Below, piece after piece: positions 62,317 through 64,000 of a DNA stretch of 64,000 bases (its first letter is position 1; the number at the start of each line of letters is the position of its first letter). Under the pieces are notes generated by a model. That model saw nothing but the letters and a program-made list of their open reading frames with translations, was not told where the DNA came from and made no database searches. The stretch lies in NCBI GenBank assembly GCA_963674945.2, contig CAXXWQ010000003.1, forward strand, positions 864,001-928,000, given 5' to 3'. Both the position numbers and the translations under genes were made by a program. Source of the stretch: an uncultured Desulfosarcina sp. (GTDB taxonomy: Bacteria > Desulfobacterota > Desulfobacteria > Desulfobacterales > Desulfosarcinaceae).

Positions 62317-64000
<1,684 letters not shown>

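Overview
The whole window looks like part of one large, decaying prophage (or phage-plasmid) with a Twort/SPO1-like head module; both prophage ends lie outside the window. The cargo genes suggest a Desulfobacterales-like sulfate-reducer host, which is inference only. On the minus strand (1-49.4 kb) are neck, major capsid, scaffold, prohead protease and MuF-like genes, a set of probable capsid-packaged enzymes, tail-fibre/LamG genes, an unusual lysis region, portal, a 9.6-kb host-like cargo block, terminase, two ParB-like genes and a complete 7-deazaguanine DNA-modification cluster (queD/queE/folE/queC/queF/dpdA). On the plus strand (49.6-64 kb) are replication genes: SF2 helicase with a nonsense codon, an IS-split initiator-like gene with iteron-like repeats, DnaB, primase, Fic and NAD-dependent ligase. 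Four IS copies are present and three split genes. Highlights: (1) removing one IS rebuilds a 980-aa protein with a PARP1-like H-Y-E catalytic domain; (2) it belongs to a group of head-region proteins with shared LxK-A/S and HxKxxxR N-terminal signals fused to different payloads (PARP, HD hydrolase, pyrophosphatase-like, sigma-like); (3) the palindrome GTAATTAATTAC sits upstream of about a dozen genes; (4) the cargo includes a probable DsrE-family selenoprotein with a SECIS-like hairpin. All family assignments come from motifs read by eye; no searches were run.
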